Source of the DNA: Porticoccaceae bacterium
Lineage (GTDB): Bacteria; Pseudomonadota; Gammaproteobacteria; Pseudomonadales; Porticoccaceae
Direction: 5' to 3'
Length of the DNA stretch: 64,000 bases
NCBI GenBank assembly: GCA_050179115.1
Contig: JBFXFL010000008.1
Location: 4,060-68,059 of the forward strand
Both the position numbers and the translations under genes were made by a program. How positions within the stretch are numbered: position 1 is the first letter of the stretch; each line of letters opens with the position of its first letter. Shown here piece by piece: positions 21,966 through 32,065 of the stretch. The notes beneath the pieces are model-generated. The model was not told where the DNA came from and made no database searches. It worked only from the letters and a program-made list of their open reading frames with translations.

Positions 21966-22046
21966 GTCCTGTCGCAGCAGACCTCGCATGAGGCTGGCGA
22001 CCGATTTCCGCTGCGCAACCGACAGCACTCGTGGTTTATCCCGGCA

Positions 22047-22316
22047 TCACCCTTTGAGCTGCTTGCTGACCCGCTCGTAACCAGCCTTGATTTCCTCGCC
22101 AAGCAACTTTGCGGCAGCGCCAATTTCACGACTCGCCTCGGTGCCCTCCTTTTCCGCGCGCTGGAGCTTCCGATTGAGTTGCTCCCACTTCCTTTCCATC
22201 GCCTCCCACTCATCCTGCAGGTCTAATTTGAGAAGATGGGACTTGACGCGCAACTCGTCCCGCTGAACCTTGAGTCGGCTCATCAACTGCTTCAATTCGT
22301 CTTGCATGGCGCTCAT
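22047..22316 (-). CDS. Hypothetical coiled-coil protein (89 aa)
   Basis: ATG 22316 is preceded by GGAGGAG. The sequence is heptad-like and rich in E/K/L/Q (ELKQLMSRLKVQRDELRVKSHLLKLDLQDEWEAMERKWEQLNRKLQRAEKE). A perfect TATAAT lies on the same strand at 22391-22386. Confidence 0.6.
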   Translation of the reverse strand: MSAMQDELKQLMSRLKVQRDELRVKSHLLKLDLQDEWEAMERKWEQLNRKLQRAEKEGTEASREIGAAAKLLGEEIKAGYERVSKQLKG

Positions 22317-22410
22317 TGCCGGCTCCTCCGTAACACGTAAAACCGAACATCACATCCCGGTCTGTGGTTGACGCGAACCACCGGGATTATATTGCCACAA
22401 ACCCGGCCCT

Positions 22411-23106
22411 TCAGGCGGGGGGCAGGCGCCAGTCGATCGGCGGCTGACCGTGCTCCACCAACCAGGCGTTGGCACGGGAAAATGGCCGACTGCCGAAAAA
22501 TCCTCGGTGGGCGGACAGCGGCGAGGGATGCGGTGACTGGATCACCAGATGCTTGCGGGTGTCGATAAATGCGCCCTTGCGCTGGGCGTGACTGCCCCAG
22601 AGGATAAAGACGATCCCTTCGCGGTGGGCATTGAGCGCCGCGATGGTCTTGTCCGTGAAAGTCTCCCAGCCACTTTTCTGATGGGAAGCGGCGCGGCCGC
22701 GCTCGACCGTAAGCGTGGTGTTCAGCAGCAGCACACCCTGCTCGGCCCAATGCGTCAGGCAGCCGTGGTTGGCCGGCGGGATGCCCAGGTCGCTTTCCAG
22801 TTCGCGGTAGATATTGGCCAGCGACGGCGGGATCGCCACCCCGGGCAGTACCGAGAAACACAGGCCGTGGGCCTGGCCCGGGCCGTGGTAGGGATCCTGC
22901 CCCAAAATCACCACCTTGACGGCTTCGAAGGGCGTGGTGTCGTAAGCCGCGAACCAGTTATCGGCGGCGGGATAGATGACCTTGCCGGCGCGCTTTTCGG
23001 CCAGCAAAAAAGCGCGCAGTTCCTGCATGTAAGGCTGCTCAAACTCCGGCTCCAGCCAGCGCAGCCAGGACGGGTGCAGCTTGATCGCACGCGTCGCGTC
23101 CGCCAT
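22411..23106 (-). CDS. ung: Uracil-DNA glycosylase
   Basis: [18 protein letters not shown] (water-activating loop), LLLNTTLTV, and HPSPLSA Leu-intercalation loop. Confidence 0.93.
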   Translation of the reverse strand: MADATRAIKLHPSWLRWLEPEFEQPYMQELRAFLLAEKRAGKVIYPAADNWFAAYDTTPFEAVKVVILGQDPYHGPGQAHGLCFSVLPGVAIPPSLANIYRELESDLGIPPANHGCLTHWAEQGVLLLNTTLTVERGRAASHQKSGWETFTDKTIAALNAHREGIVFILWGSHAQRKGAFIDTRKHLVIQSPHPSPLSAHRGFFGSRPFSRANAWLVEHGQPPIDWRLPPA

Positions 23107-23111
23107 CCAGT

Positions 23112-24602
23112 TCAGCCTTCGCGCTCCGGGCGCATATGGGGGAACAGCAAGACATCGCGGATCGACGCCGAGTCCGTGAGCAGCATTACCAGACGATCGA
23201 TACCGATACCTTCGCCGGCGGTGGGCGGCAGACCGTATTCCAGAGCGCGGATATAGTCGGCATCGAAGTGCATGGCTTCGGCATCGCCGGCGTCCTTCTC
23301 CTGCACCTGGGCGAGAAAGCGCTCGGCCTGATCCTCGGAATCGTTGAGCTCGGAAAACCCGTTGGCCAGCTCGCGTCCACCGACAAAGAACTCGAAGCGA
23401 TCGGTGACGAACGGATTGTCATCGTTGCGCCGCGCCAGGGGTGACACTTCGGTGGGATATTCGGTAATGAATGTCGGCTGCTCCAGTCGCGCCTCGACGG
23501 TTTTCTCGAAAATCTCGATCTGCACCTTGCCCAGCCCCCACGAATCCTTGAGGGGAATACCGAGCCGGCCCGCGAGTGCGCGCGCGTCGGCAAGCTCGGC
23601 GAGATCCGCCGCGCCGATTTCCGGATTCAGACGCAGAATGGACTCCACCACCGTCATGCGCGCAAACGGCTGGGCGAAATCGTAATCCGTGCCCTGATAG
23701 CTCACCGTCGTGGTGCCGAGCACCGCCATGCACAGCTTGCGCAACATGTCCTCGGTAAGATCCATCAGGTCGCGGTAATCGGCGTAGGCCTGGTAGAACT
23801 CCAGCATGGTGAATTCGGGGTTGTGGCGGGTGGAGAGTCCTTCATTGCGAAAACTGCGGTTGATTTCGTAGACCTTTTCGAACCCACCCACCACCAGCCG
23901 CTTGAGATAGAGTTCCGGCGCGACGCGCAGGAACATCTCCTGTTCCAGCGTGTTGTGATAGGTCACGAACGGCCGCGCGGTGGCGCCGCCCGGGATCACC
24001 TGCATCATCGGTGTCTCGACCTCCATGAAACCCCGCTGATTGAGATACTGGCGGACAAACTCGATGATCTTCGAGCGCCGCTGAAACACCCGGCGCGATT
24101 CCTCGTTGATGATGAGATCCACATAACGCTGGCGGTAGCGCTGCTCGCGGTCGGCGAGGCCGTGATATTTCTCCGGCAAGGGTCGCAGCGCCTTGGTGAG
24201 CAGCTCGTACTCTTCCAGCATCACATAGAGATCGCCGCGCCCGGATTTGTGCAGGGTGCCGCGCGCGCCCACCAGATCGCCGATATCCCAGTGTCCCCAG
24301 CGCTCCGCGATATCGGCCTGGACGCTCTTGTCGGCGTACAACTGGATGCGCCCGGACATGTCCTGCAACACCATGAAGGGCCCGCGCCTGGCCATGATGC
24401 GCCCCGCCACACTGACCTTGTGACCCAGCGCTTCCAGTTCTTCCTTGGTGCGCGTACCGAAATCTTCTTCAAGTTTCAGCGCGAGATCGTCGCGCCGGAA
24501 CCCGTTGGGAAATGCCTGTCCGCGCTCACGCAGCGCGGCGAGCCGGGCGCGGCGCTCGGCGATGAGTTTGTTCTCGTCAGTGCTGTCGCTGGAATCGGTC
24601 AT
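23112..24602 (-). CDS. lysS: Lysine--tRNA ligase (class II)
   Basis: From ATG 24602: [33 protein letters not shown]. Collinear with E. coli LysS throughout ([33 protein letters not shown]). Confidence 0.93.
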   Translation of the reverse strand: MTDSSDSTDENKLIAERRARLAALRERGQAFPNGFRRDDLALKLEEDFGTRTKEELEALGHKVSVAGRIMARRGPFMVLQDMSGRIQLYADKSVQADIAERWGHWDIGDLVGARGTLHKSGRGDLYVMLEEYELLTKALRPLPEKYHGLADREQRYRQRYVDLIINEESRRVFQRRSKIIEFVRQYLNQRGFMEVETPMMQVIPGGATARPFVTYHNTLEQEMFLRVAPELYLKRLVVGGFEKVYEINRSFRNEGLSTRHNPEFTMLEFYQAYADYRDLMDLTEDMLRKLCMAVLGTTTVSYQGTDYDFAQPFARMTVVESILRLNPEIGAADLAELADARALAGRLGIPLKDSWGLGKVQIEIFEKTVEARLEQPTFITEYPTEVSPLARRNDDNPFVTDRFEFFVGGRELANGFSELNDSEDQAERFLAQVQEKDAGDAEAMHFDADYIRALEYGLPPTAGEGIGIDRLVMLLTDSASIRDVLLFPHMRPEREG

Positions 24603-24636
24603 TGTCACTCGGTTGGCTGCGGCGCCGGGCGCCGGG

Positions 24637-25735
24637 TCAGAGGCCGGCCTTGAGGCTGGCTTCGATAAAGGGGTCGAGGCCACCGTCCAGCACCCCCTGG
24701 GTGTTGCGGGTCTCGATACCGGTACGCAGATCCTTGATGCGGGCGTCGTCGAGCACATAGGAGCGAATCTGGCTGCCCCAGCCGATATCGGACTTGCTGT
24801 CCTCCACCGCCTGCTGGCTCTCCTTGCGCTTTTGTATTTCCAGCTCGTAGAGTTTCGCCCGCAGCATCTTCCACGCCTTGTCCCGGTTCTGGTGCTGGGA
24901 GCGCTCGCTCTGGCACTGCACCACCACGCCGGTGGGCAGGTGGGTCAGCCGCACGGCGGAGTCGGTCTTGTTGACGTGCTGGCCGCCGGCGCCGCTGGCG
25001 CGATAGGTGTCCTCGCGCAGATCGGATTTATTGATCTCGATCTCGATGTTGTCATCCACCTCGGGCGAAACGAACACGGCGGCGAACGAAGTATGGCGGC
25101 GATTGCCGGCGTCGAACGGGGACTTGCGCACCAGCCGGTGGACTCCGGTCTCGGTGCGCAGCCAGCCGAACGCGTAATCGCCCTGCACATGAACGGTGGC
25201 GCTTTTGATGCCGGCAACTTCACCAGCGGACGCTTCCACCAGTTCGGTTTTGAAGCCCTTGCGGTCGGCCCAGCGCAGATACATGCGCAACAGCATCTCG
25301 GCCCAGTCCTGGGCCTCGGTACCGCCGGAGCCGGCCTGAATATCCAGATAGGCGCTGTTGGGATCCGTTTCACCCGAGAACATGCGCCGGAATTCGAGAT
25401 CGGCAAGCCGCGCCTCGAGTTGCGCCACATCCTGCTCGATGGTCGCGACCGTCTCGGTGTCGTCCTCTTCGGCGGCCAGTTCGATCAGTTCGCGGGCGTC
25501 GGCGATGCCGGCATCCAGGGTTTCGATGGTCTCGACCACCGCTTGCAGCGCGGCGCGCTCGCGGCCCAGGCCCTGGGCGCGCTCGGGATTGTTCCATACC
25601 CCCGCGTCGGCGAGCTCCAGTTCTACCTCGGTCAGCCGCTCTTTCTTTTCGGCATAGTCAAAGGTACCCCCTGAGCACGTCGGTACGCGCCTCGAGATCG
25701 TCCAGGGCGGTGCGGATGGGATTGATTTCGAGCAT
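24637..25735 (-). CDS. prfB: Peptide chain release factor 2, with programmed +1 ribosomal frameshift
   Basis: Frame 0 runs ATG 25735 to CTT 25661 ([25 protein letters not shown]) then hits TGA (25660-25658). The +1 frame continues from GAC (25659-25657) to the stop at 24637 and carries the SPF (RKSPFD) and GGQ (SGAGGQHVN) motifs. Confidence 0.93.
25657..25672 (-). promoter_or_regulatory. RF2 autoregulatory frameshift site
   Basis: The minus strand reads AGGGGG TAC CTT TGA C: an internal SD-like AGGGGG, a 3-nt spacer, then the slippery CTT followed by TGA-C. Confidence 0.9.
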
Positions 25736-25837
25736 CGGGCGGAGGGTCCGGAAAAGGGCGCATAGTCTAGCAGCTTGTCGAAAAACCGCAGCGGCAGTTC
25801 GCTGCGCCGCGCGAAGTGACCAACGCGGCGGCCGGCG

Positions 25838-26689
25838 CTACTTGAAACTACCCAGCAAGGTTTTGATCGATGCCGGAAGGTCGCCCGGGATCAACACCAG
25901 CTTGCTGTTCTGGGACGTAGCCATCTGCTGGAGCGCGGTGACGTAGCGCTCACCCAGCAGATAGAGCACCGGCAGTTCCTTGTCGCCCACCGCCTCATTG
26001 ACCAGCCGCAACGCCGACTTGGTGCCCTCGGCCAGCACCACTGTGGCTTCGGCGTCGCGGCGCGAGGCCTCCAGCCGCCCTTCCGCTTCCAGAATCGCGG
26101 CGTGCTTCTGGCCATCGGCGCGGGTCACGGTGGCGCGTCGATGGCGCTCAGCGGAGGCCTGGGCCTCCATCGCCTGCTGCATGGTCTCGGACGGCTTGAT
26201 GTCCTGGATCTCGACGTTTTTCAGGGTGATGCCCCAATCGGCGATATCGTCGGAAATGCCCGCCTTGAGCTTGGCCTTGATCTGATCCCGCGACGACAAT
26301 GCATCGTCGAGCGCCATCTCGCCGATGATGGCGCGCAGCGAGGTCTGCACCAGATTGCGGATCGCAATTTCGTAATCCTCTACACCGTAGACGGCTTTTT
26401 CCGGCGACAGAATGTTGATGTAGGCCACCGCGTTGGCAATGATCACGGCGTTGTCGCGCGTGATGACTTCCTGGGAAGGAATATCGAGCACGATGTCCTT
26501 GGTAGTCACCTTGTAGGCCACGGTGTCGATATAGGGGATGATGAATTGCAGGCCGGGTGAGAGCGTGCTGTTGTACTTGCCGAGCCGCTGCACCACCCAT
26601 TTACTGCCCTGCGGCACCTGCCGAACACCCTTGAAAAAGGTAACCGCGACGGCAATCAGCAGGGCGAGCATGATCCAGGTACTTTCCAT
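25838..26689 (-). CDS. SPFH/band-7 (stomatin-like) membrane protein
   Basis: N-terminal TM helix followed by an SPFH domain ([29 protein letters not shown], coiled-coil Ala/Glu-rich region). AAGGAG lies upstream of the ATG. Confidence 0.85.
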   Translation of the reverse strand: MESTWIMLALLIAVAVTFFKGVRQVPQGSKWVVQRLGKYNSTLSPGLQFIIPYIDTVAYKVTTKDIVLDIPSQEVITRDNAVIIANAVAYINILSPEKAVYGVEDYEIAIRNLVQTSLRAIIGEMALDDALSSRDQIKAKLKAGISDDIADWGITLKNVEIQDIKPSETMQQAMEAQASAERHRRATVTRADGQKHAAILEAEGRLEASRRDAEATVVLAEGTKSALRLVNEAVGDKELPVLYLLGERYVTALQQMATSQNSKLVLIPGDLPASIKTLLGSFK

Positions 26690-26759
26690 GACGAGACTCC
26701 TTCTTGAGCGGTGAAGATTTCAGTTGTGGAATACGTTGCCCACGGCCCAGCTGCCGGAA

Positions 26760-27215
26760 TCAGCGCGTTCTGGCAACGATCAGGGTATTGCCGGAAAACT
26801 CCCGGATCAGGACGCGATCCCCCAGTGCGACCGGTTCCTCGCAGATGAACTCCCATTCGTCGCTGCCCAGCACCGGGACACTGAACCGCGCCATGCCGCG
26901 ACCGCCATCCACCGGCACCTTGATCACCTGTCCGGATTCGCCGATCAGCGCCTCGCGGGCCACGCCGGCTGCGGTTTTATCCAGCATGCGTGGCTTGATG
27001 CACCGAAACCATATCACCGCCATCGCGCTCGAAGCGAGCAACCAGATCAGTAACAGAGCCGCAACGGGCAGCGCCGGGAACAGCCACTGACAGAGCCCCA
27101 CAATCACCGCTCCGATGCCGAACCAGAGCACGACGAAACTGGGCAGGAAAATCTCCAGCACCATCAGGGCAACGCCAAACACCAGCCAGTGCCAATAAAC
27201 CATCTGCGACAACAT
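26760..27215 (-). CDS. NfeD family membrane protein
   Basis: 151 aa with three or four TM helices and a C-terminal OB-like soluble domain (GESGQVIKVPVDGGRGMARF...GDRVLIREFSGNTLIV). It sits directly upstream of the SPFH gene, the usual NfeD-stomatin pairing. Confidence 0.8.
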   Translation of the reverse strand: MLSQMVYWHWLVFGVALMVLEIFLPSFVVLWFGIGAVIVGLCQWLFPALPVAALLLIWLLASSAMAVIWFRCIKPRMLDKTAAGVAREALIGESGQVIKVPVDGGRGMARFSVPVLGSDEWEFICEEPVALGDRVLIREFSGNTLIVARTR

Positions 27216-27239
27216 GGGTTAACTCTTCCTGTGATGTAA

Positions 27240-28982
27240 CTATTTCAACGTCATCTGCTGGCGCATTTCCATGCCGCGCTCGGTGACGATGACATCGACA
27301 GATACCCGATCGATACCCGCCGAAAGATTGTTCACCGCCGCCCGCATCGGGGCCATCGCTTTATCCACATCGGGGCCAGGAACGCTCCCGGGGTGGGCGG
27401 CGGCCTCCGCGGCGCGCGCCATCGCACTCAAGGAGCCTGTCATCCCGTCGAGCTTGCGCATCAGCAAACTGTAGATTGCGCCATCGTAGCCGATGTACAA
27501 CAGCGGTGTCGGTGCGGAGGCCTTGGCCGTCAGCTGTTCCACTACCGACTGCTTCGCGTTCGCGCCGATCGCGATGCCGATCCCGCCCTCGCGCACGGCG
27601 ATAAACGCGGAGCGGGAATTCGCGGACAAGATACCGCCGGCCAGCGGCCCGAGGTCGATCGGCTGCGCCTCGGCGGTGGGACTCAGGTTCACGGCGGCGA
27701 GCTGGGGCACGAAGCCCTGCGCCATGCCGATCAACCCGGCGGGATTGGGCGAGGCGATGACCAGCGTGGCGTCGATGGCTGCGGGTTTATCTCCGCTCCA
27801 CTTCAGATCGGTGAGGGCCACGCGGGCGCCACTGAACCAGCCGGCGGCCATGTAGAGCCCGGCGATCTGCTGGGCAAAGGCGCCGGAGCCGGTGTTCAGC
27901 GCCGCGAACCATTCGCACTGATAGGGTGTCGCGTTGATGGCCGTCGCGCGCGCTTGCAGAAATTCCGCCAGCTTGTCGAGCTTCGCACCAAAGCCGAAAT
28001 CCATGCCTTTGCCATCCCCGGCGCCGCCCAGACCCGGCACGGGCGCGGGAATCGGCAGCAGACCCTGAAGCAGATCCGGGCGCAGTTCGACGACGGAGGT
28101 CATCGTCATGGCGTTCGCCTCAAGCTTGTCATAGCCACCGACGACCCGCGGCACGGCGTCGGCAAAACCGGCCAGTTCACGGCGACAGGCGGGCGACAGC
28201 GCTTTGCCCCGTGCGGCAAGCAGACTGGCGAACCCGGCATCCCTGCCCTCTCCGACCACCAGCGCGCCGGCGAGACGCTTGTTGTCGATCAGAAAGGTAC
28301 CGTGCGGCCCGAAACCATAGTCGCGGTTGAGCTGGGCCAGCTCGCCGCTTTCAAGCAGACTGTGTGCCGGGCGCTGTAGCCCGAACTGCTCGGCCAGCGG
28401 CGGTCCCTTGGCGCCGGCGTCCAGCGTCGCCACCAGATGCTTGTCCAGAATGGCGACGACGAGCGCCGGCATCCCGGCTTGCAGTTCCACACGCCAGTAT
28501 TGGTGGCCGTCGATCTCCGCCACCGGCAAGGGGCCGCCGCGCTGTTTCTCGAGATCGGCAATGAACGCGCGGAAAGCGTCGGGATCCGCCAGTTCGATAC
28601 GCAGCACCGGCAGCAGATTCACACCGTAGAAAGCGGCCAGGGCATCGCGGTGAATGCCCATTTTCTCGATACCCTCGATGCTCAACCGGCCCTCGGCCAG
28701 CGCCATCAGCGCGAGCAGCTTTTCCGCGTTCGCGTCCGGATGACCGGCCAGCTCCGCGCGCAGAGCCGCCACACTTTCGCCGAGCGCCGCATTCAGCGGC
28801 TCGAACCGATCAAACCAGGCCCGGGAAACCGCATCGGGAAGCGGCTTTATATTCGCAAAGACATAAGGGGTATCGGCAGGTACAAAGGCGAGCGGCGTGT
28901 CTTTGTCCTGGCGACCACAGCTGGTCAGGGCGAACCCCGCTGCCAGCGTCAGCGACAACAGGATGTTTCGGGAAATCTTCAT
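27240..28982 (-). CDS. Hypothetical lipoprotein (~580 aa)
   Basis: ATG 28982 is preceded by AAGGAG. Signal peptide and lipobox MKISRNILLSLTLAAGFALTSC. The rest is Ala/Gly/Leu-rich with no motif I recognise. The stop is 24 nt before the nfeD start. Confidence 0.65.
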   Translation of the reverse strand: MKISRNILLSLTLAAGFALTSCGRQDKDTPLAFVPADTPYVFANIKPLPDAVSRAWFDRFEPLNAALGESVAALRAELAGHPDANAEKLLALMALAEGRLSIEGIEKMGIHRDALAAFYGVNLLPVLRIELADPDAFRAFIADLEKQRGGPLPVAEIDGHQYWRVELQAGMPALVVAILDKHLVATLDAGAKGPPLAEQFGLQRPAHSLLESGELAQLNRDYGFGPHGTFLIDNKRLAGALVVGEGRDAGFASLLAARGKALSPACRRELAGFADAVPRVVGGYDKLEANAMTMTSVVELRPDLLQGLLPIPAPVPGLGGAGDGKGMDFGFGAKLDKLAEFLQARATAINATPYQCEWFAALNTGSGAFAQQIAGLYMAAGWFSGARVALTDLKWSGDKPAAIDATLVIASPNPAGLIGMAQGFVPQLAAVNLSPTAEAQPIDLGPLAGGILSANSRSAFIAVREGGIGIAIGANAKQSVVEQLTAKASAPTPLLYIGYDGAIYSLLMRKLDGMTGSLSAMARAAEAAAHPGSVPGPDVDKAMAPMRAAVNNLSAGIDRVSVDVIVTERGMEMRQQMTLK

Positions 28983-29142
28983 CTGCGGCTCCTTGTATTC
29001 GGCGTACTTCCACATACCGCGCGGGCCACCCGGACCGGCGCGACCCCCGGCGCCCGCCGTGACGCGGGCGGCGCTGGCCGGGAATCCTATCATCGGGGCA
29101 GCCGGATTGCCGGGTTCATTGGTAAGCGCGACGGCCAATGCG

Positions 29143-30159
29143 CTACAGAAATTTTGGCAGGACCTGCTCGGTGAACAGCGTGAAGGCGGTGTGACTCACG
29201 GGCGCGCACAGCAGATAGTCGAGTCCGATGTCAGTTTGCAGCGCGCGGATCTGGTCGACGACCTGTTCTGGCGTGCCGTGAATCATTACCTCGCGAACAT
29301 AGCGCTCCACAGCTTGAGCGCCTGTCTCGGCGATATCGTCCTGCGGCGACATCAGCCCGGCGCTGATCGCCTTGCCGGCATTGTCCTTGTTGGCATAGGC
29401 ACTCACCGTCCAGGCGGCGCCCTGTTCGGCAACGCGCCGTGCTTCGGCCGCGGTTTCCGCCACGGCAATCAACCGCGCCATGGGCAGATCGCGCCCGGCA
29501 ATCGAATGCCCATGGCGCGCCAGCTCACGGCGATAGAGTTCGCGCTTGAGGCCGAGATCGCCGAGGCTGCAATGGGGGTCGAGCATGATGGAGTAGCCCC
29601 GGCTCGCGGCCCACTCGATGGCCGGCGGCGATGACGCCGCCACCCACAGCGGCGGATGCGGCTGCTGGAGAGGTTTGGGCAACACCTCGACATCGCTGAA
29701 TTGCCAGTGCCGGCCAGACCAGTTCAGGCGCTCGTCACGCCAGGCTGAGACCACGATATCCACCGCTTCCCGAAAGCGCTCCTGACTTTCTTCCGCCGGC
29801 ACCCCGAAGGCGCGGAACTCGCCCGGGTCGAAGCCGCGTCCGGCGCCCCAGTTGACGCGCCCGCCGCTCAGTACATCCAGCAGCGCAACCTCCTCGGCCA
29901 GCCGCAACGGGTGATAGAGCGCGGCGAGGGAAACGCCGGTGCCGATGCGCAGGTTGCGGGTACGGTCGGCCACATGCATGGCCATCAGGTGGATCGAAGG
30001 GCAGACGCTGTAGGTGGTGAAGTGGTGTTCGGCCAGCCAGACGCAGTCGTAGCCACTGCGGTCCATGATGTCGATGCGTTCAAGGGCGCGCCGGTAGACT
30101 TCCGGGAGGGGAATTCGCCGTCCGGGCCAACTGAAAAACTGCAACACGCCGAACTTCAT
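29143..30159 (-). CDS. Luciferase-like (LLM class) flavin-dependent oxidoreductase
   Basis: From ATG 30159: MKFGVLQFFSW ... WLAEHHF ... GGRVNWGAGRG ... LPKPLQQPHPPLW, the typical LLM pattern. Confidence 0.75.
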   Translation of the reverse strand: MKFGVLQFFSWPGRRIPLPEVYRRALERIDIMDRSGYDCVWLAEHHFTTYSVCPSIHLMAMHVADRTRNLRIGTGVSLAALYHPLRLAEEVALLDVLSGGRVNWGAGRGFDPGEFRAFGVPAEESQERFREAVDIVVSAWRDERLNWSGRHWQFSDVEVLPKPLQQPHPPLWVAASSPPAIEWAASRGYSIMLDPHCSLGDLGLKRELYRRELARHGHSIAGRDLPMARLIAVAETAAEARRVAEQGAAWTVSAYANKDNAGKAISAGLMSPQDDIAETGAQAVERYVREVMIHGTPEQVVDQIRALQTDIGLDYLLCAPVSHTAFTLFTEQVLPKFL

Positions 30160-30196
30160 CGCACCCCCCGCTGTCCGCGTCTCCCGACTCGGGAGC

Positions 30197-31261
30197 TCAC
30201 AGCGCCAGCAACTCCGGCGGCAGCGTCCCGGGTTGGGCACAGGCGACCGTGACGTGGCCCACCTTGCGCCCGGGCCGCGGCTCCTTGCCGTAATCGTGCA
30301 GGTGGGCGCCGGGGATGGCCAGCACCCGGGCCGGATCCGGCACCGCGCCGATCAGGTTGACCATGCCGTAGTCGCCGCGCGCGCGGGTGCTGCCGAGGGG
30401 TAGTCCCAGAATGGCACGCAGGTGGTTTTCGAACTGACTGGTCTCCGCGCCCTCGATCGTCCAGTGCCCGGAGTTGTGGACCCGGGGCGCAAATTCGTTG
30501 ACGAGCAGCTCGCCGCGCACCTGAAAGAATTCCACCGCCAGCACGCCCACGTAATCGAGTGCATCCAGCAGCCGGTGGGTCTGCGCCTCGGCCACGGCCT
30601 GCATGGCGTCGCCGGGGCGGCACAGCGTGGTGTGGAGCATGCCGTCGCGATGGGTGTTCTCGGACAGGGGATAGCAGGCGACGGCGCCGTCGCGGCCGCG
30701 GGCTGCGATCAGGGACACTTCCCTATCGAAGGGCACCAGTCTTTCCAGCAATGCGGGCTGATCGCCCAGCGCGCGTCCGGCCGCCGCGACATCTGCCGCT
30801 GCGCGCAGTAGCCACTGGCCCTTGCCGTCGTAGCCCTGGGTGCGGGTTTTCAGTACCGCCGGCAGCCCGAGCTCGGCCACCGCGCGCCGCAGTTCAGTGG
30901 CGCCGGCGACGGCAACGAAGTCCGCCGTGGCCATACCCAGTTCGTGGAACAGGGCTTTTTCATGGAGGCGGTCCTGCGCCACGCCGAGTGCGCGCGCACC
31001 CGGATAGACGGGCACCCTACCGGCCAGGAATGCGAGGCTGCGCGCCGGGACGTTCTCGAAATCGAAAGTGACCACATCAGCCTGCTCGGCGAGCTGGAGC
31101 AGGGAGCGCTCGCAGTCGTAGGGCGCGGTGATGAGCTCCCCCAGCGGCCCGGCACAGGCATCGGGCGCCGGGTCGAGAAACACAAAGCGGTGCGCCCAGG
31201 GATGTCCGGCCATGGCCAGCATGCGCGCCAGCTGCCCGCCGCCGATGACGCCGACGATCAC
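30197..31261 (-). CDS. purK: 5-(carboxyamino)imidazole ribonucleotide synthase
   Basis: [15 protein letters not shown] and an ATP-grasp core ([19 protein letters not shown]). GTG start overlaps the purE stop (GTGA). Confidence 0.9.
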   Translation of the reverse strand: MIVGVIGGGQLARMLAMAGHPWAHRFVFLDPAPDACAGPLGELITAPYDCERSLLQLAEQADVVTFDFENVPARSLAFLAGRVPVYPGARALGVAQDRLHEKALFHELGMATADFVAVAGATELRRAVAELGLPAVLKTRTQGYDGKGQWLLRAAADVAAAGRALGDQPALLERLVPFDREVSLIAARGRDGAVACYPLSENTHRDGMLHTTLCRPGDAMQAVAEAQTHRLLDALDYVGVLAVEFFQVRGELLVNEFAPRVHNSGHWTIEGAETSQFENHLRAILGLPLGSTRARGDYGMVNLIGAVPDPARVLAIPGAHLHDYGKEPRPGRKVGHVTVACAQPGTLPPELLAL

Positions 31262-31776
31262 GGCTGAACGACTCGCGGATCGGGACTCGCCAGCACGCGC
31301 TCGGTCTGCGCGGCGCGGTACGCGGCCAATACCTTGCGGATACGGGGATACTTGTTGGCCAGCATGGCGGCCGCCAGCAGGGCGGCGTTGATCGCGCCGG
31401 CGCGACCGATGGCGAGCGTGCCCACGGGTATCCCGGCGGGCATCTGCGCAATGGAAAGCAGGGAGTCGACGCCGTTCAGCACCCGCGACTGCACCGGTAC
31501 GCCGAGCACCGGCAGCGCCGTTTTGGCCGCCGCCATCCCCGGCAGATGGGCGGCGCCGCCGGCGCCCGCGATGATCACTTCAAGCCCGCGCGCCTGCGCT
31601 GAGACGGCGTATTCAAACAGCCTGTCAGGCGTGCGGTGCGCCGAAATGACTTCCACTTCGTGGGGGATGTCCAGTTCTTCGAGCGTGGCGGCCGTGTGGC
31701 TCAGCGTCTCCCAGTCCGACTGCGACCCCATGATCACACCGACCAGGGGTGGTATCGCCCTGCGCCGGGCAGTCAC
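31258..31776 (-). CDS. purE: 5-(carboxyamino)imidazole ribonucleotide mutase
   Basis: [33 protein letters not shown], collinear with E. coli PurE. Start placed at GTG 31776 by length comparison; the longest ORF extends to 31941. Confidence 0.88.
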   Translation of the reverse strand: MTARRRAIPPLVGVIMGSQSDWETLSHTAATLEELDIPHEVEVISAHRTPDRLFEYAVSAQARGLEVIIAGAGGAAHLPGMAAAKTALPVLGVPVQSRVLNGVDSLLSIAQMPAGIPVGTLAIGRAGAINAALLAAAMLANKYPRIRKVLAAYRAAQTERVLASPDPRVVQP

Positions 31777-31902
31777 CAGCGCGATCCCGCGAGGGTAAAC
31801 GGATTTGCGGCAATCAGCGCGGGCACCGGCGTCGGCAGATAGTCCATGGAAGGGTCCGTTCAGGGCCGGATAGCCGGCACAGGGTGAGCGGGAAATTCGA
31901 CC

Positions 31903-31938
31903 GCCCCAGGCGCGGGGAATGCCAGATCCGCCTGGGGC
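31903..31938. repeat. 10-bp perfect inverted repeat in the purE-cfa intergenic region
   Basis: GCCCCAGGCG (31903-31912) / CGCCTGGGGC (31929-31938) with a 16-nt loop. Confidence 0.6.
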
Positions 31939-32006
31939 CATTGGGTCCGGGACGGAATTCTACCCTGCCCGACCATTCAAGTCAGGACTCCGCCTGGAAC
32001 GTGAAT

Positions 32007-32036
32007 TGCTAGCTTGGAAACGTCCGTCCTATACTC
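32007..32036 (+). promoter_or_regulatory. Candidate sigma70-type promoter for cfa
   Basis: TTGCTA (32007-32012), 18-nt spacer, TATACT (32031-32036), ~30 nt upstream of the cfa ATG. Confidence 0.35.
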
Positions 32037-32065
32037 GACCCGTACGCGCCGCCAGGGAATCCACA

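Noticed and set aside
17547-22316. Classical tRNA-integrated genomic island or prophage remnant
   Set aside because: There is no integrase, recombinase or transposase. I found no direct repeat of the tRNA-Leu 3' end at the far side. It is kept only as an accessory-looking islet.
31903-32065. ZTP (pfl) riboswitch upstream of purE, suggested by CGCCTGGGG and a GGGTCGAG-like segment
   Set aside because: The required P1 partner (CGACCC) and the conserved UGACUGGCG / P2 elements are absent. The similarity is limited to short GC-rich strings.
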